Shown: one piece after another, positions 11,445-22,121 of the stretch
Layout: each line of letters opens with the position of its first letter
How positions within the stretch are numbered: the first letter of the stretch is position 1
Assembly: GCA_963833425.1 (NCBI GenBank)
Contig: CAWHXP010000003.1
Coordinates: 384,001-448,000, forward strand
DNA: 64,000 nt
Direction of reading: 5' to 3'
Origin: an uncultured Methanosarcinaceae archaeon
GTDB taxonomy: Archaea > Halobacteriota > Methanosarcinia > Methanosarcinales > Methanosarcinaceae
The notes under the pieces: model-generated
What the model was told of the DNA's origin: nothing
The model's input: the letters and a program-made list of their open reading frames with translations, nothing else
The model's database searches: none
Position numbers and translations under genes: made by a program

Positions 11445-12293
11445 TTGAAAATGAACAAAACTAAATGTGATACAGCAAGTGGAAAGAATACAATCATAAC
11501 GATTTTAGGAATCACTGCATTGGCGCTTTTAATGCTAATGAGTATCGCAAGTGCGACGCAACTAGCAGATATTCCGAAATTTAACAGCAACAATGTCTCT
11601 AATTTAAATAACACACTTGAAAATGACATAAAAACTCAGGACAAAGCAATTGAAATTAATCCAAAAGATTCAATGGTTTGGATCAATAAAGGACTTGATC
11701 TAGATTATTTAAATAAATCTGAGGAAGCGATAAAAGCATATGACAAAGCAATTGAAATTGACCCACAGAATTCAGATGCTTGGATCAATAAAGGACTTGA
11801 TCTAACTGAGTTGAATAAATCTGATGAAGCAATAAAAGCATATGATAAAGCAATTGAAATTGACCCACAGAATTCAGATGCTTGGATCAATAAAGGACTT
11901 GCTCTAACTGAGTTGAATAAATCTGATGAAGCAATAAAAGCATATGATAAAGCAATTGAAATTGACCCACAGAATTCAGATGCTTGGATCAATAAAGGAC
12001 TTGCTCTAACTGAGTTGAATAAATCTGATGAAGCAATAAAAACATATGATAAAGCAATTGAAATTGACCCACAGGATTCAATAGCTTGGAGCAATAAAGG
12101 AAACGCTTTATATGACCTAAATAAATTTGATGAAGCCATTAAAGTATATGATAAAGCAATTGAAATCGACCCACAGAATTCAGATGCTTGGTATAATAAA
12201 GGAGAGGCTTTAGGTAGATTAAATAAATCCGATGAAGCAATAAAAGCACACGACAAAGCGATTGAAATTGACACACAAAATTCAGAAGCTTAG
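11445..12293 (+). CDS. Secreted tetratricopeptide repeat protein (~6 near-identical TPRs)
   Basis: Signal-like TIITILGITALALLMLMSIASA then 34-aa repeats AWINKGLALTELNKSDEAIKAYDKAIEIDPQNSD. Confidence 0.92.
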   Translation: MKMNKTKCDTASGKNTIITILGITALALLMLMSIASATQLADIPKFNSNNVSNLNNTLENDIKTQDKAIEINPKDSMVWINKGLDLDYLNKSEEAIKAYDKAIEIDPQNSDAWINKGLDLTELNKSDEAIKAYDKAIEIDPQNSDAWINKGLALTELNKSDEAIKAYDKAIEIDPQNSDAWINKGLALTELNKSDEAIKTYDKAIEIDPQDSIAWSNKGNALYDLNKFDEAIKVYDKAIEIDPQNSDAWYNKGEALGRLNKSDEAIKAHDKAIEIDTQNSEA

Positions 12294-13024
12294 CACAATA
12301 AAAATAATTTATCTAAATAAAACAAATCGCATTAACAGATGCTTGGTATAATAAAGGAACTTTATCTAAATAGATTAAATAAATCCAATTTATAGGTTGA
12401 CTAGTTACTTAATTTTTATTTATTTTTTTTGCTAGATAAATATAGCAACTTTCTCGCTTCCAATCACAAAATACATTTTAAAAAAACCGTTTATTTTCTA
12501 CACAATCAGGTGAAAATATCCTATAATTTTGGGAAGAGATGAGAAAATACATCGATTTTGCCACAAAAACGTTGAATGTGCTGAAAAGACAAGGATTAAG
12601 ATAGTAATGGAGTAGTTGATATAATTGGAGGGCAAAAAGTGAAGAAGAAAGTTTAGCAAATTACTTAACTTGTATGCATCAAACTCTCAACAATGCCATC
12701 CAAGTTACATGGTTGCTATTTTCATGATAAGTTTTTCAGTTAATGAACACTTGCATTTTCATGCATTAAATCAGATAATATTGCCACACCAAGACGGAAC
12801 AAAAAAGATTGATGATGAAACATAGAAGTATCCTGGAAATAACATCAATCAGAGAGTAGAAGATGACCTATGACTATGTTACACTTATTTCATCATTGGA
12901 TACTGGAACTGAGTCAAGAAATAAATAGATACATGTGAAAAACGTCGGATTTAAATTGATATATATATAGCTTAATCTAATTTAATATTCTTCTTTAATT
13001 TTTTCATATTTTATGCTATTTTAG

Positions 13025-13340
13025 GTTAATTAGTCCAAACATTGCAATACAAATCATGATCAAGCCAGCGATAAAATTGACTTCCCGCTCGAATAAATGA
13101 CCAACTTTAGACCCGAAAATTATACCAATTAAAAGACATAAAAAAGGTTACAAAGCCCATAATAATTGCAGGCTCAATAATAGTTGTCTTGAGGAATGCG
13201 AAGCTCATTCCCACAAAAGGGAATCTATACTTATTGCAACTAGGTGCAAGAAGCACCAAATAACTGAAAGAATTTATCTTTCTTTCCCTGCTTCCATAAA
13301 AAGAAGGATTGAGGAATATAAAGACTGTGCCAAGCTTGCA
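13025..13340 (-). pseudogene. Manganese efflux pump MntP-like remnant
   Basis: Joined frames read VAISIDS..VGMSFAFLKTTIIEPAIIMGFVTFFMS/LIGIIFGSKVGHLFEREVNFIAGLIMICI, resembling the MntP C-terminal ATSIDALAVG..FAFL..IIG.VTF..G.K.G pattern. Confidence 0.65.
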
Positions 13341-14226
13341 ACCAAATACCAAGCTATCAGATAACATATTACCATAACAATGATTACCAAATTGTGATGT
13401 ATATAGTATGCGATTACACACTTTGGGACTTTTTATTATTTCATGGTCTCCCAATTTTTTCTCAATCATTCAAAACAATGAAATTTTAATTTCATTAAAA
13501 TAAATTCTGAAACTTTTCTTTTGGTTTTGAGCGTATTGACTGATTTTCGCTTATGCTACTTCACGATTCTCGCGATGATTCACTTTTACGTTCTTTGTAG
13601 TACTTTTATCCTAATCAGTTATAAAAATCAGATTCCTTGATTTATTGATATGATTTTAAACAAGCTTACATTTTTTAATTTTTTTTGTACTTATTAGGAG
13701 CATAATAATCGATTGAAACTTGTATATTTCTATGAGCTTTGAAATGATCTAGTTTACAGACACATAGGCGAAAATCTGGTTCTTTGCGGTTTGTTGAATT
13801 GAAAATAATTGTCCAGTTGAGAAGTGACCATGCTAAAGATGTAAACATCGAATAGAAACCTGCTTCTGTCACAATAAATTTTTTGAAAACGTATGCCTAT
13901 AAAAAATTATGTTAGTAAATAAAAGTATTAAGTCTTCATCTAAAATAGCAAACAGCTTACAAAATTAACCTGTCTTGCTTCTTTAGAGAAGTGATGGTTT
14001 TAGATTCTGAAGACTTCGAAAAAAAATCATTATTAATATTTAATTGTTTTTCGATTATAAAAAATTTTATGCAAGATTATTTTTCGTTTAGAAACTATTT
14101 TTCGTATAATTAATTTAAAGTAATTTGTATGATAAAAACGGACATATTAGACAGTGTATCATCAGTACAATAAGAAGATAATCGAATTTACAACATAAAT
14201 TAAAATAAATTTTGGAGTCCAAGCAA

Positions 14227-14808
14227 ATGGGAAAACAAATATTTAATAGAAATAGAATAAAAAAGGTACTGGTTACTTTGGTAGCAGTCCTTGTGACAGC
14301 ATCCTTGACAGGAATGGTAGCTGTTGCTGCACATGGTCATGGCGGACACGGTGGACACGGGCATGGACACGGACATGGACACGGGCATGGACATGGGCAT
14401 GAGCATGGACATGGACATGGACATGGGCATGGACACGGGCATGGACATGGGCATCATCACTTCCACCATTGGCATGATCACAGGCATCACAGCTATCATG
14501 ATCACTACTATGATGGCGTGTACTTCGCAGGTTATGAATGGGTATATAATCCTGTTACTCTAGTGTGGGACTGGACTTACATAGGCGGAGATGACGGCGA
14601 CGTTGTAGCAACACCCGTTGTAGCAACACCCGTTGTAGCAACACCCGTTGTAGCAACACCCGTTGTAGCAACTCCTGTTGCAGAAACACCCGTTGTGGTA
14701 GGCGAATATGACGGCGGATACTATGACGGCGGATACTATGGACATGGACACGGGCATGGACATGGACATGGCGGACACGGACATGGGCATGGCGGACACA
14801 GACATTGA
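14227..14808 (+). CDS. Secreted His/Gly-rich low-complexity protein
   Basis: Signal peptide MGKQ..KKVLVTLVAVLVTASLTGMVAVAA, (HG)n tract, aromatic segment, (VVATP)5, DGGYY x2, second HG tract. Confidence 0.85.
   Translation: MGKQIFNRNRIKKVLVTLVAVLVTASLTGMVAVAAHGHGGHGGHGHGHGHGHGHGHGHEHGHGHGHGHGHGHGHGHHHFHHWHDHRHHSYHDHYYDGVYFAGYEWVYNPVTLVWDWTYIGGDDGDVVATPVVATPVVATPVVATPVVATPVAETPVVVGEYDGGYYDGGYYGHGHGHGHGHGGHGHGHGGHRH
14602..14691 (+). repeat. 15-bp coding tandem repeat (VVATP)
   Basis: GTTGTAGCAACACCC x4 plus two variant units. Confidence 0.9.
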
Positions 14809-15441
14809 CACGGTGGTCATGGAGGACACGGGGGACACGGCCATCATAGATAGATATTAAGAACATTCTCCGAGTCTAAGAGCTGTTGAGTATGAAATGA
14901 AACAGTATCATGGCCATTTTCAAGGCATTAAGAATAAATTCCTGATAAAATGCCTTGAATTGATGGCTGTATTCTTATTTTCATATAAGTTTGGTTCTTC
15001 GTTGTTTTGTGCGGGTTGAAAATAATCATCCAGTTGAAAACTGACCATACAAAGAGATGAAGAAAGATTATGCATATTGCGTACTCACTTCGAAAGTGGA
15101 AGTATAATCCCCAACTTAATATAGTAAAGTTCGGAAATAAAAAAATCATCATTAATATTTAATTGTTTTTGATTATGAAAAATATTATGCGGTATTATTT
15201 TTTGTTTAGAAACTATTTTTCATATAATTAATTTAAAATAACTACTGGGATAAAATTATGAAAATCCTACAAATTGTAGAGGCCTAATAAATATCCAGAA
15301 CAGCAGTGGCTGCTATGGTGCTGCACATCGTCGTCACGACCACTATCCTGGATCACCATTGGCATCATCATCATAACGATGACTGTTGGAGGTAGGATTG
15401 TTAATAGAATAATGACAAAAATTGCAAAAGAGAGGATTAAA

Positions 15442-15772
15442 ATGACCAAAACTAAATTTGATACAGCAAGTGGAAAGCATAATAGATAGCTGTTTTAGGA
15501 ATCACTGCACTAGCACTTTTAATGAAATGATTATCGCAAGTGCTGAGCAACTTGCAGATATACCAAACTCTAGCAGCAACAATGTCTCTAATTTAAATAA
15601 CGCACTTGAAAATGACATAAAAACTCAGGACAAAGCGATTGGAATTAACCCGCTGAACTCAACGGCTTGGAAAAATAAAGGACTTGTTTTAGATAATTTA
15701 AACAAATCAGATGAAGTCATTAAAGCATATGACAAAGCAATTGAAATTGACTCGCAAAACTTAAAAGCTTAG
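15442..15772 (+). pseudogene. Degenerate TPR paralog of 11445-12293
   Basis: Frameshifted signal region and only ~1.5 TPR units; same terminal GCT-TAG-CAC-AAT-AAA. Confidence 0.8.
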
Positions 15773-15920
15773 CACAATAAAAAGAATTCATCTAAAGAAA
15801 ATAAATCCCATTAACAGATGATTATACAATAAAGGAACTTTACCTAAATAGATTAGATATATCCAATTTATAGGTTGAATAGTACTTAATTTTATTTATT
15901 TTTTTTGCGAGATAAAATAT

Positions 15921-17058
15921 AAAGGATTTCGATAAACTTCGGTTTTATTTCTTAGCAGTAATTTCTCGTATCTTCCCCTCAATTTCTCTATTTAATTCCT
16001 CTTTTTGGCTTTACTTATTCTCAATTCTTTGATTTTAAAGATAGCTTCCGCTATCTTCAATATACTTTTTTTTTATTTTCAATGTCCTTAATTGATAGAG
16101 ATTATAACAAAAAGCCGTACACAACATTTTTAGATTTACTATTTTAACAGTAGTAACAAAAACTCTTCCTGCTTTGAAAATTTCTTTCGTTACTGAATAA
16201 ACTCTTTCCCCTTGGACTCTTTTTGAGTTAATTCCCTTATTTCTTAATATATCCTTTATTCCCAACGTATGTCCTTTGACCGCTCTTTTCATTGTTGCAT
16301 TATACCCTTTCGTTTTTGCTCCAAAGTATCCTCTGTCCCTATAAACCACTTCGTTTTCCTCTGTTATATCTACATACGAATCATGTACGGACGCAGTTGT
16401 TGTTTTGAATCTTCTGATCAGCTCATAATCTCTGTCTATTATATTATGACGCTTATATCCAAAGTGAGACTTACCTCCCTCCTTTGTCCATGGTTCCATC
16501 TCTGCTTCTTCTTGTTTTTGCCTCATCTCTCTGCTTTTGCATGTCCTGGATCTGAATGGATAAAAGTAGCATCCTGAATAATTCCCTGCTTTATCTGTAA
16601 ACCCAGAGCATAAAGTTGGCTTTGCAACTTTACCCATATTTTCTTTGAAATTCTCGATAATTCTCTCCCTAAATAGCCATACAGTAGTACTGTCAGGCAT
16701 GTATTCCGGAAATCCAAGGAATTTCCTAAAAGAAATTCGATCTATACAATGTTTCTCAAGTTCAAAATCAGAGAGACCATGCCATTGTTGTAAAACAAGC
16801 ATTTTGAATATCACAATGACATCAGTTTTAGGTATCCCTCCTGAAACGGTTTTGTTGATATATATAGACTCAAGAATAATACGAAACGCTTTCCAATCAA
16901 TTCAGGAAGCAATTTCAGCAAGCTTATCTCCAACAGATTCAAGACGTTTATACTCTTCTTTAAGAGCAAAATCAGTAAGAGTTTTCATGAATATACATAA
17001 ATATTGACAAATTTAAAACCAACCATGCTCAAGAGCAGGGAGTTTATCGAAATTCTCT
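15921..17058 (-). mobile_element. IS5-family element, copy A, defective transposase
   Basis: 1138 bp with terminal IRs; FKMLVLQQWHGLSD..DRISFRKFLG, QDATFI, YRDRGY motifs; internal stop and frameshifts. Confidence 0.92.
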
Positions 17059-17736
17059 ATAGAATGTATTTTTTCTGAATCGTATCTTTATCCATTAAAT
17101 AACAATTAGACTTTCTCATCTTATTTAATTGTCTTATCAGAGCATTTGCATGTTTGATTTCATTGTCTGTTTTTTGACTAATTTTCCATCCCAATATTAC
17201 CTTTTTATTTGTGTCTACTGATATTGAAGTTCCCTGCTCTTATGGAATAGTAATAACTTGCATATAACCTCGTAAATTCTGTTGCGTCAATCACTGCAAT
17301 AGAGATATTCACTCCATATTAGTAAAACAGTTTTAGAATCCTTGACAGAAGAAGGTTAAACAGGGAGGAGGGAATTCTAGCTACAAACTTTTGAAGGGCA
17401 GTGAAATGTGGAATCTTATCTAAGAAAGTTTTTCTTTTATATCGCTCATAAGGTCAAATAGTTCTACAAAATCTCGATAGTCTGTACTAATATACTCTTT
17501 CAATAAAACCAGTACAAGAAGTTTATGCTTGGTATAAACGTGTTTTGAATACTTGCAGGAATAAAGCTTCAGTCTCGAAGACTGAACAGTTAAGGCTGGT
17601 ATGAACAAATTTAAAGTACTTTTTAAATTTCTATATAGAATGTTCCTTCGTTTTATCAGAAAAATAAGAAGAGTATTCTAACGGAACATTATAAACTATA
17701 ATGTAAAAGTTCAATTTAGAGCATTTCTACAGAGCC
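17059..17736 (-). mobile_element. 5' part of a second DDE (IS5/IS4-like) element
   Basis: End GGCTCTGTAGAAAT; frames give YSCKYSKHVYT..LKEY..DYRDFVEL, IPHFTALQKF, AVIDATEFT, CYLMDK..YDSEKIHS up to the IS5 junction. Confidence 0.8.
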
Positions 17737-18028
17737 AAGATTTGGTTTTTAGTCAGGACAACTTTTGACAAAAATGCTTATGTACATATTAATACATTAG
17801 CACACAAAAATTTGAGATATTTATAACTTAACCAAGTGTGAGATGTGAGATTCGAAGACTAATTTTAAGTCTGGCTCTTTGACCTAGCTGTACAACTCTC
17901 GCAAATTGAAGGATAGTTTTTTATTTTTTGCTTCTCTCCACTTTTTTATTTTTTTCCCAATCATTCTGGTTTACTTCAATCTATTTTTTAGTCCAATATA
18001 TTTTTTGATAACCCAACTTGGTAATTTT

Positions 18029-18646
18029 CTAAAATGGGATTTCCCATAGAGGATACCACTTTTCTATATTTTTTTCAATGGACAATTCTCTTTCCATTTC
18101 TGCTCTGAGCCTGAATTCGAAAGAGCTGTCCCTTTGCTTATCTGAGAGAGGAATAAAAGGGTAGTAATTTCCCTGCTTGAAGTTATATATCCAGTATACA
18201 GCTTTTAGTCTGTCAATTTTTTCTTCGCTATTAATAGTCAAATCCACAGATTCGCTGTCAAATCTGTAAATGGCACATAGGATCTGTTCTCCAAGTCCAC
18301 GCTCTTCGAGGGTCTGGCTTACAAGGTAGATATTTGCAACAATATTTTCAAAATCTGGATCTTTAAAAATAACCCAGAGGAAATTATATTTATCCTTTTC
18401 AATTCTGAACTCTGTCCCTTTATCCTTCGAGCTATATTCCAGAAGCTCCTGAATTTCTTTTCTAGTGGATTCGTAGGCTGAGGTATCGATGGGCTTAAAA
18501 CAGATACCTGCATATTCTGATGGTTTCAAGCCTAGATTACTTTCCAAAGTAATGCAAGCCGTGGAAATTTCAAACAGCTTTTCACTCTTTGCTTTAGGAA
18601 GCCTACTCCTCCCAAGAACTGCATCCATAAAATCCTGGAAACCCAT
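18029..18646 (-). CDS. Conserved archaeal protein downstream of htpX (PspA-associated PspAB-like)
   Basis: YWIYNFKQGNYYPFIP, RD..FEFRL, WYPLW C-terminus; adjacent to htpX. Confidence 0.75.
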   Translation of the reverse strand: MGFQDFMDAVLGRSRLPKAKSEKLFEISTACITLESNLGLKPSEYAGICFKPIDTSAYESTRKEIQELLEYSSKDKGTEFRIEKDKYNFLWVIFKDPDFENIVANIYLVSQTLEERGLGEQILCAIYRFDSESVDLTINSEEKIDRLKAVYWIYNFKQGNYYPFIPLSDKQRDSSFEFRLRAEMERELSIEKNIEKWYPLWEIPF

Positions 18647-18862
18647 TTAGCTTATCTCCTCAATTTCTGAGACTTTTAATATCTCCTAGTATCAACAAAA
18701 TATATCATTGCTTTCAATGTTAATTGATTGCGATTAATAAAAAGCTCAAAAAATAATAAAAAACCTCTGAGTCTCCTGCTTAAAAATATCTATTAAACGT
18801 ATTAGCACAACTTATCTGCTCAAATTATTTATTTTACATGTCTGCTTAACTTATACGCTTAT

Positions 18863-19744
18863 TTAATACATTTCCCTTTGCATTTGTTCAAGCTTTGCTA
18901 TCCTTTTTTCCACAGATGGATGAGTGGAAAATAGATTCATAATCGAAGAACTTGAGATTGCAGGGATGATGAAAAAGCCATTCATTCCTTCCATCTTCCT
19001 TAGATCTTCATCAGGTACCCTGTCCATGAGCCCACTTATTTTCATGAGAGCAGATGCAAGATCAGAAGGCTGTCCAGTAATAATGGCCGAGCCTCTGTCT
19101 GCAGAATATTCCCTGTAACGGGACAGAGCGCGAATCAGCAGAAAACTTATAATCCAAACTGCGATTGAGACCAGCCAGACAAGCACAAAGCTTCCCCCTT
19201 CACGCCGCCTATCTCCTCCAATGTTGAAGTAAAGGCTATAGCGGACAAAGTAAAAAGCTACTGTTGAAATAAAACTGGCAATAGTCATGACAGCCATATC
19301 TCTGTTCTTAACGTGGCTTAGCTCGTGGGCAAGTACAGCCTCAAGTTCAGCTGAAGAGAGTTTATCTAGAATTCCTGTCGTAACTGCTATAAATGCTTTA
19401 TTCGGGCTCCGACCTGTCGCGAAAGCATTTGGGACTTCGGTATTGACAATTGCAATTTGAGGTTTTGGTAAGTCAGCGAGTGCACAAAGCCTTGTTATCA
19501 TCCCATGAAGCTTTGGTGCCTCGATTTCGGAGACTACCTGCGCTCCAGTCGTCCAGAGTACCATTTTATCTGAATAAAAATATTGAACGCCCATAAAAAG
19601 ACCAATAAATATAATCATAACAATCGAAGGGGTTCCATAGTACGAAAGGAATGCAAGGAAAAATAGGTAAACTACCGCCAGAAGAAACATTGTGAAAAAC
19701 ATCCGTTCCTGTAGTCCTAAGTCTCGTTCCCACTTTCTTTTCAT
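18863..19744 (-). CDS. htpX: Zinc metalloprotease HtpX (M48)
   Basis: PNAFATG, AVLAHELSH (HEXXH), SRYREYSAD, STHP. Confidence 0.96.
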   Translation of the reverse strand: MKRKWERDLGLQERMFFTMFLLAVVYLFFLAFLSYYGTPSIVMIIFIGLFMGVQYFYSDKMVLWTTGAQVVSEIEAPKLHGMITRLCALADLPKPQIAIVNTEVPNAFATGRSPNKAFIAVTTGILDKLSSAELEAVLAHELSHVKNRDMAVMTIASFISTVAFYFVRYSLYFNIGGDRRREGGSFVLVWLVSIAVWIISFLLIRALSRYREYSADRGSAIITGQPSDLASALMKISGLMDRVPDEDLRKMEGMNGFFIIPAISSSSIMNLFSTHPSVEKRIAKLEQMQREMY

Positions 19745-19819
19745 ATGTTATTTCGCCTATCCAGATATTTAATTTATTTAATTTCAGCTTAAACAATAAT
19801 CAAGCTAGGTTAAATGATA

Positions 19820-19909
19820 ACGAATTTCAATAAATCCCTAAATTTCGTTGCATGTGGATAAATTTTATGTAATAGAACTGTAGAAATCAGAATTTTGTCG
19901 AAATCCTCA
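19820..19909. mobile_element. MITE copy
   Basis: GAATTTCAATAAATCC...GAAATCAGAATTTTGTCGAAATCCTC. Confidence 0.65.
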
Positions 19910-20109
19910 ATAATTAAGTATAGGTTAAGTTGACATATTAAATGAACTACCTATAGATTAAATGAACTACCTGTAAATTAACTAAACCTAAAACAAAACT
20001 GCAAAGATAGCTAATAAAAATTATGGTGTCGAACCCGGCAGAAAACAACTTGTATCTTTTCGCCAACTCCTTGAATATAAAGGAATTATTACGGATCAAA
20101 TATTTTCAT

Positions 20110-20710
20110 TCACTTATAAGCTCCCTTCTTCTAGTTTTCCTAACTTCCAACATAATTTTTATTACATTTGAAGTTGTACCATTACCCTTAATTCCAATAT
20201 AACTTATATAACTCTATAATTCACTAGTAGAACTGTTTTTAATTTGAGAATGATACTTAAAGATTTTTCTTGCTGGGATACGCTATATTAATCTGCATCA
20301 CTCTTGAAGGAGAATACTTTTGGTTCAGCAACAATAAAAGATGTATAATCGCCATCATCATTATTGAATTAAACTCAAAACATTACCTTTTACCAGTCTA
20401 AATGATAGATATTTCAAATAGTTTATAATATCATTGTTTTAAATAAATTTTTCCCGATACTTCATACAAAAAACATGTGATGTATTGAAGAGGATCTCAA
20501 TAGACCTCTGATTTTCACGATTAATTCGTATACAATTTATCAACAACGGAAATGGAGAAGTTTATTTAAATATTCTCTATTTTATAAATATAATTATTTT
20601 AATTACATTGTTCTTTAAGTAGGCAAACGTACTTAAAATATAAACCAGTTATTTAATAACAGTTATCGGGAACGTTTCCATATCCGCAGCAAGCTGAGGT
20701 ATTTTTGGCT
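20110..20710 (-). mobile_element. Degenerate IS200/IS605 tnpA remnant carrying a MITE
   Basis: Frames give HM.FCMKYR..CFEF..AEPK.SPSRVMQI..ARKIFK..YIG..GNGTTSNVIKNYV; end-like hairpin ATCCGCAGCAAGCTGAGGTAT near 20682. Confidence 0.65.
20489..20578. mobile_element. MITE copy inside the IS200 remnant
   Basis: AGAGGATCTCAATAGACCTCTGATTTTCACG...ATTCTCT. Confidence 0.65.
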
Positions 20711-21115
20711 GGAATAAAAATAGTCATTCGGAACTGCAACAAATTGGAAATAGTTAATCACTCAGTATAACTAAACCAAATGAAGATAGCTTTATTTTGA
20801 ACTTTGGTATGCTGTTCCAATCTTATGCACCAATAAAATTGGCCAAGTGAAATCTTTTGTTTAATGGGTTAATTTTCAGGTCTTGATGCGTGTATAAAAT
20901 TATTTATACATATATTTAATGTTCTATGCAGAAACTATAAACTGCTTCACTAAGATTGGCTATACAGATCAAGGATAAGAGCTAGGGAAAAATATGTAAT
21001 TCCCAAGTATTTCAAGGCATATTTTGATAGTTTTAATTTATTTAAGCAAAAATAGCAGCTAAGCCAAACAAATTTGCAGGTAGGCAGAGTTATTAAAAAA
21101 GTATTTATCGGCAAA

Positions 21116-21931
21116 TTAATAAAGTTTGATCGGCTCAATTCCCATTTTTTCCATCAAGCAGGCAGGGATATCAATTACTTGCGAAACTGAATCGATCACA
21201 ATTCCATCTGAAGTTGCCACGAAGAGGTCGTTTTTCGAACGTCCTTTATATTCCTTAAGTTCGAAATCAGTGGCTTTTGAAATTCGAGCATCACCTGGAA
21301 TTCCATGTTCTTCCATTTTGTAGCGAATGAAACTTGCAAGTTCCCCACTCCGACTGATTTGAGCATCCAGTAGAAAAACAACTGATTTAGGATTGGCTTC
21401 GCACAGAAATTTAATAACTAGATCCAGGGATTCCTCAAGATTTTTTACATTTTTTGCTTTACTGAAGTAACGGCGAGTATCTCTTACATAACCGTCATCA
21501 CATAACCACATCGGTTTTTTCCTAAGAAGATTATCCACTCCAAGAAGAACGTTATACCCATCTAGTAGAATATCTTTATACTTTATGTCTGTATAGGTTA
21601 CTTTTTTACTAATTCTGGGAACTATCCTGTCAGGAGATACAATAATCCTTGTAAGAATGTGCCGTTCTTCTACGTTGAGCTGAAAATGGTCAGCTACGAA
21701 ACGGATGGTAACAAACTTTGGGTAACCCAATAAAAGTATTCTTCGAATATCTCTGGCAGGTTTGAGTAATTTTTCTCTTATAGCAGAATCGTATAAATAA
21801 AAGGAACCTTCATACATATCTTTCACACATACTTGTCTCCTTTTAAAAAGGGAGTACTTTAAATGAATGAACAGATATCTAACATATACATATTTGCGCA
21901 AATAAAAATAGCAACATATGACATTCGGCAT
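21116..21931 (-). CDS. DUF434-like PIN-fold protein; true start probably ~21820-21830
   Basis: LL.GYPK...FVADHFQL, DGYNVL, CDDGYVRD, SRSGELA, ATSD. Confidence 0.8.
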   Translation of the reverse strand: MPNVICCYFYLRKYVYVRYLFIHLKYSLFKRRQVCVKDMYEGSFYLYDSAIREKLLKPARDIRRILLLGYPKFVTIRFVADHFQLNVEERHILTRIIVSPDRIVPRISKKVTYTDIKYKDILLDGYNVLLGVDNLLRKKPMWLCDDGYVRDTRRYFSKAKNVKNLEESLDLVIKFLCEANPKSVVFLLDAQISRSGELASFIRYKMEEHGIPGDARISKATDFELKEYKGRSKNDLFVATSDGIVIDSVSQVIDIPACLMEKMGIEPIKLY

Positions 21932-21975
21932 TCAATTGCCTGTGAAGTCCTTTGCTCCGGTTCTGTTCAGTTTAA

Positions 21976-22069
21976 AGAGGATTTCGACATACCTATTCAT
22001 TTTTTCACATGCTGTTCATAAATGGTCATTAAATAATTCGTGAAAATAAGTGGTTTATCGAAATTCTCT
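21976..22069. mobile_element. MITE copy ~50 bp upstream of ala
   Basis: AGAGGATTTCGACATACC...GGTTTATCGAAATTCTCT. Confidence 0.75.
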
Positions 22070-22121
22070 AGAGTTGGTTTTTAGCTGAGGTCAGTTCAGG
22101 GCTCAGGATGGGGGTTATGCT

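Larger units (their letters stand above)
10362..12445 (+). repeat. Module copy 1 (paralogous to 13976-15920)
   Basis: Colinear similarity over promoter-like blocks, His/Gly gene, hairpin, His peptide remnant, TPR gene and 3' flank. Confidence 0.85.
13976..15920 (+). repeat. Module copy 2 (paralogous to 10362-12445), ends at IS5 insertion
   Basis: Colinear similarity with copy 1. Confidence 0.85.

Noticed and set aside
11705..12274. 189-aa minus-strand repeat ORF
   Set aside because: Antisense shadow of the TPR repeats
11640..12290. Regular 102-bp repeats resembling an array
   Set aside because: In-frame TPR coding repeats with no unique spacers; not CRISPR
12291..12320. Pyrrolysine read-through of the TPR gene's TAG, which sits at a Trp position in both copies
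   Set aside because: A TAA follows within nine codons in copy 1; simple ancestral truncation is more likely
14200..14866. Alternative-frame ORFs (Met/Asp-rich, MSMP-rich, CCYNG repeats that look like a metallothionein or RiPP precursor)
   Set aside because: Shadows of the His/Gly and VVATP repeats; only the frame starting at 14227 has a signal peptide and paralogs
19937..19980. 20-bp tandem ATTAAATGAACTACCT..
   Set aside because: Two copies only; ordinary local duplication
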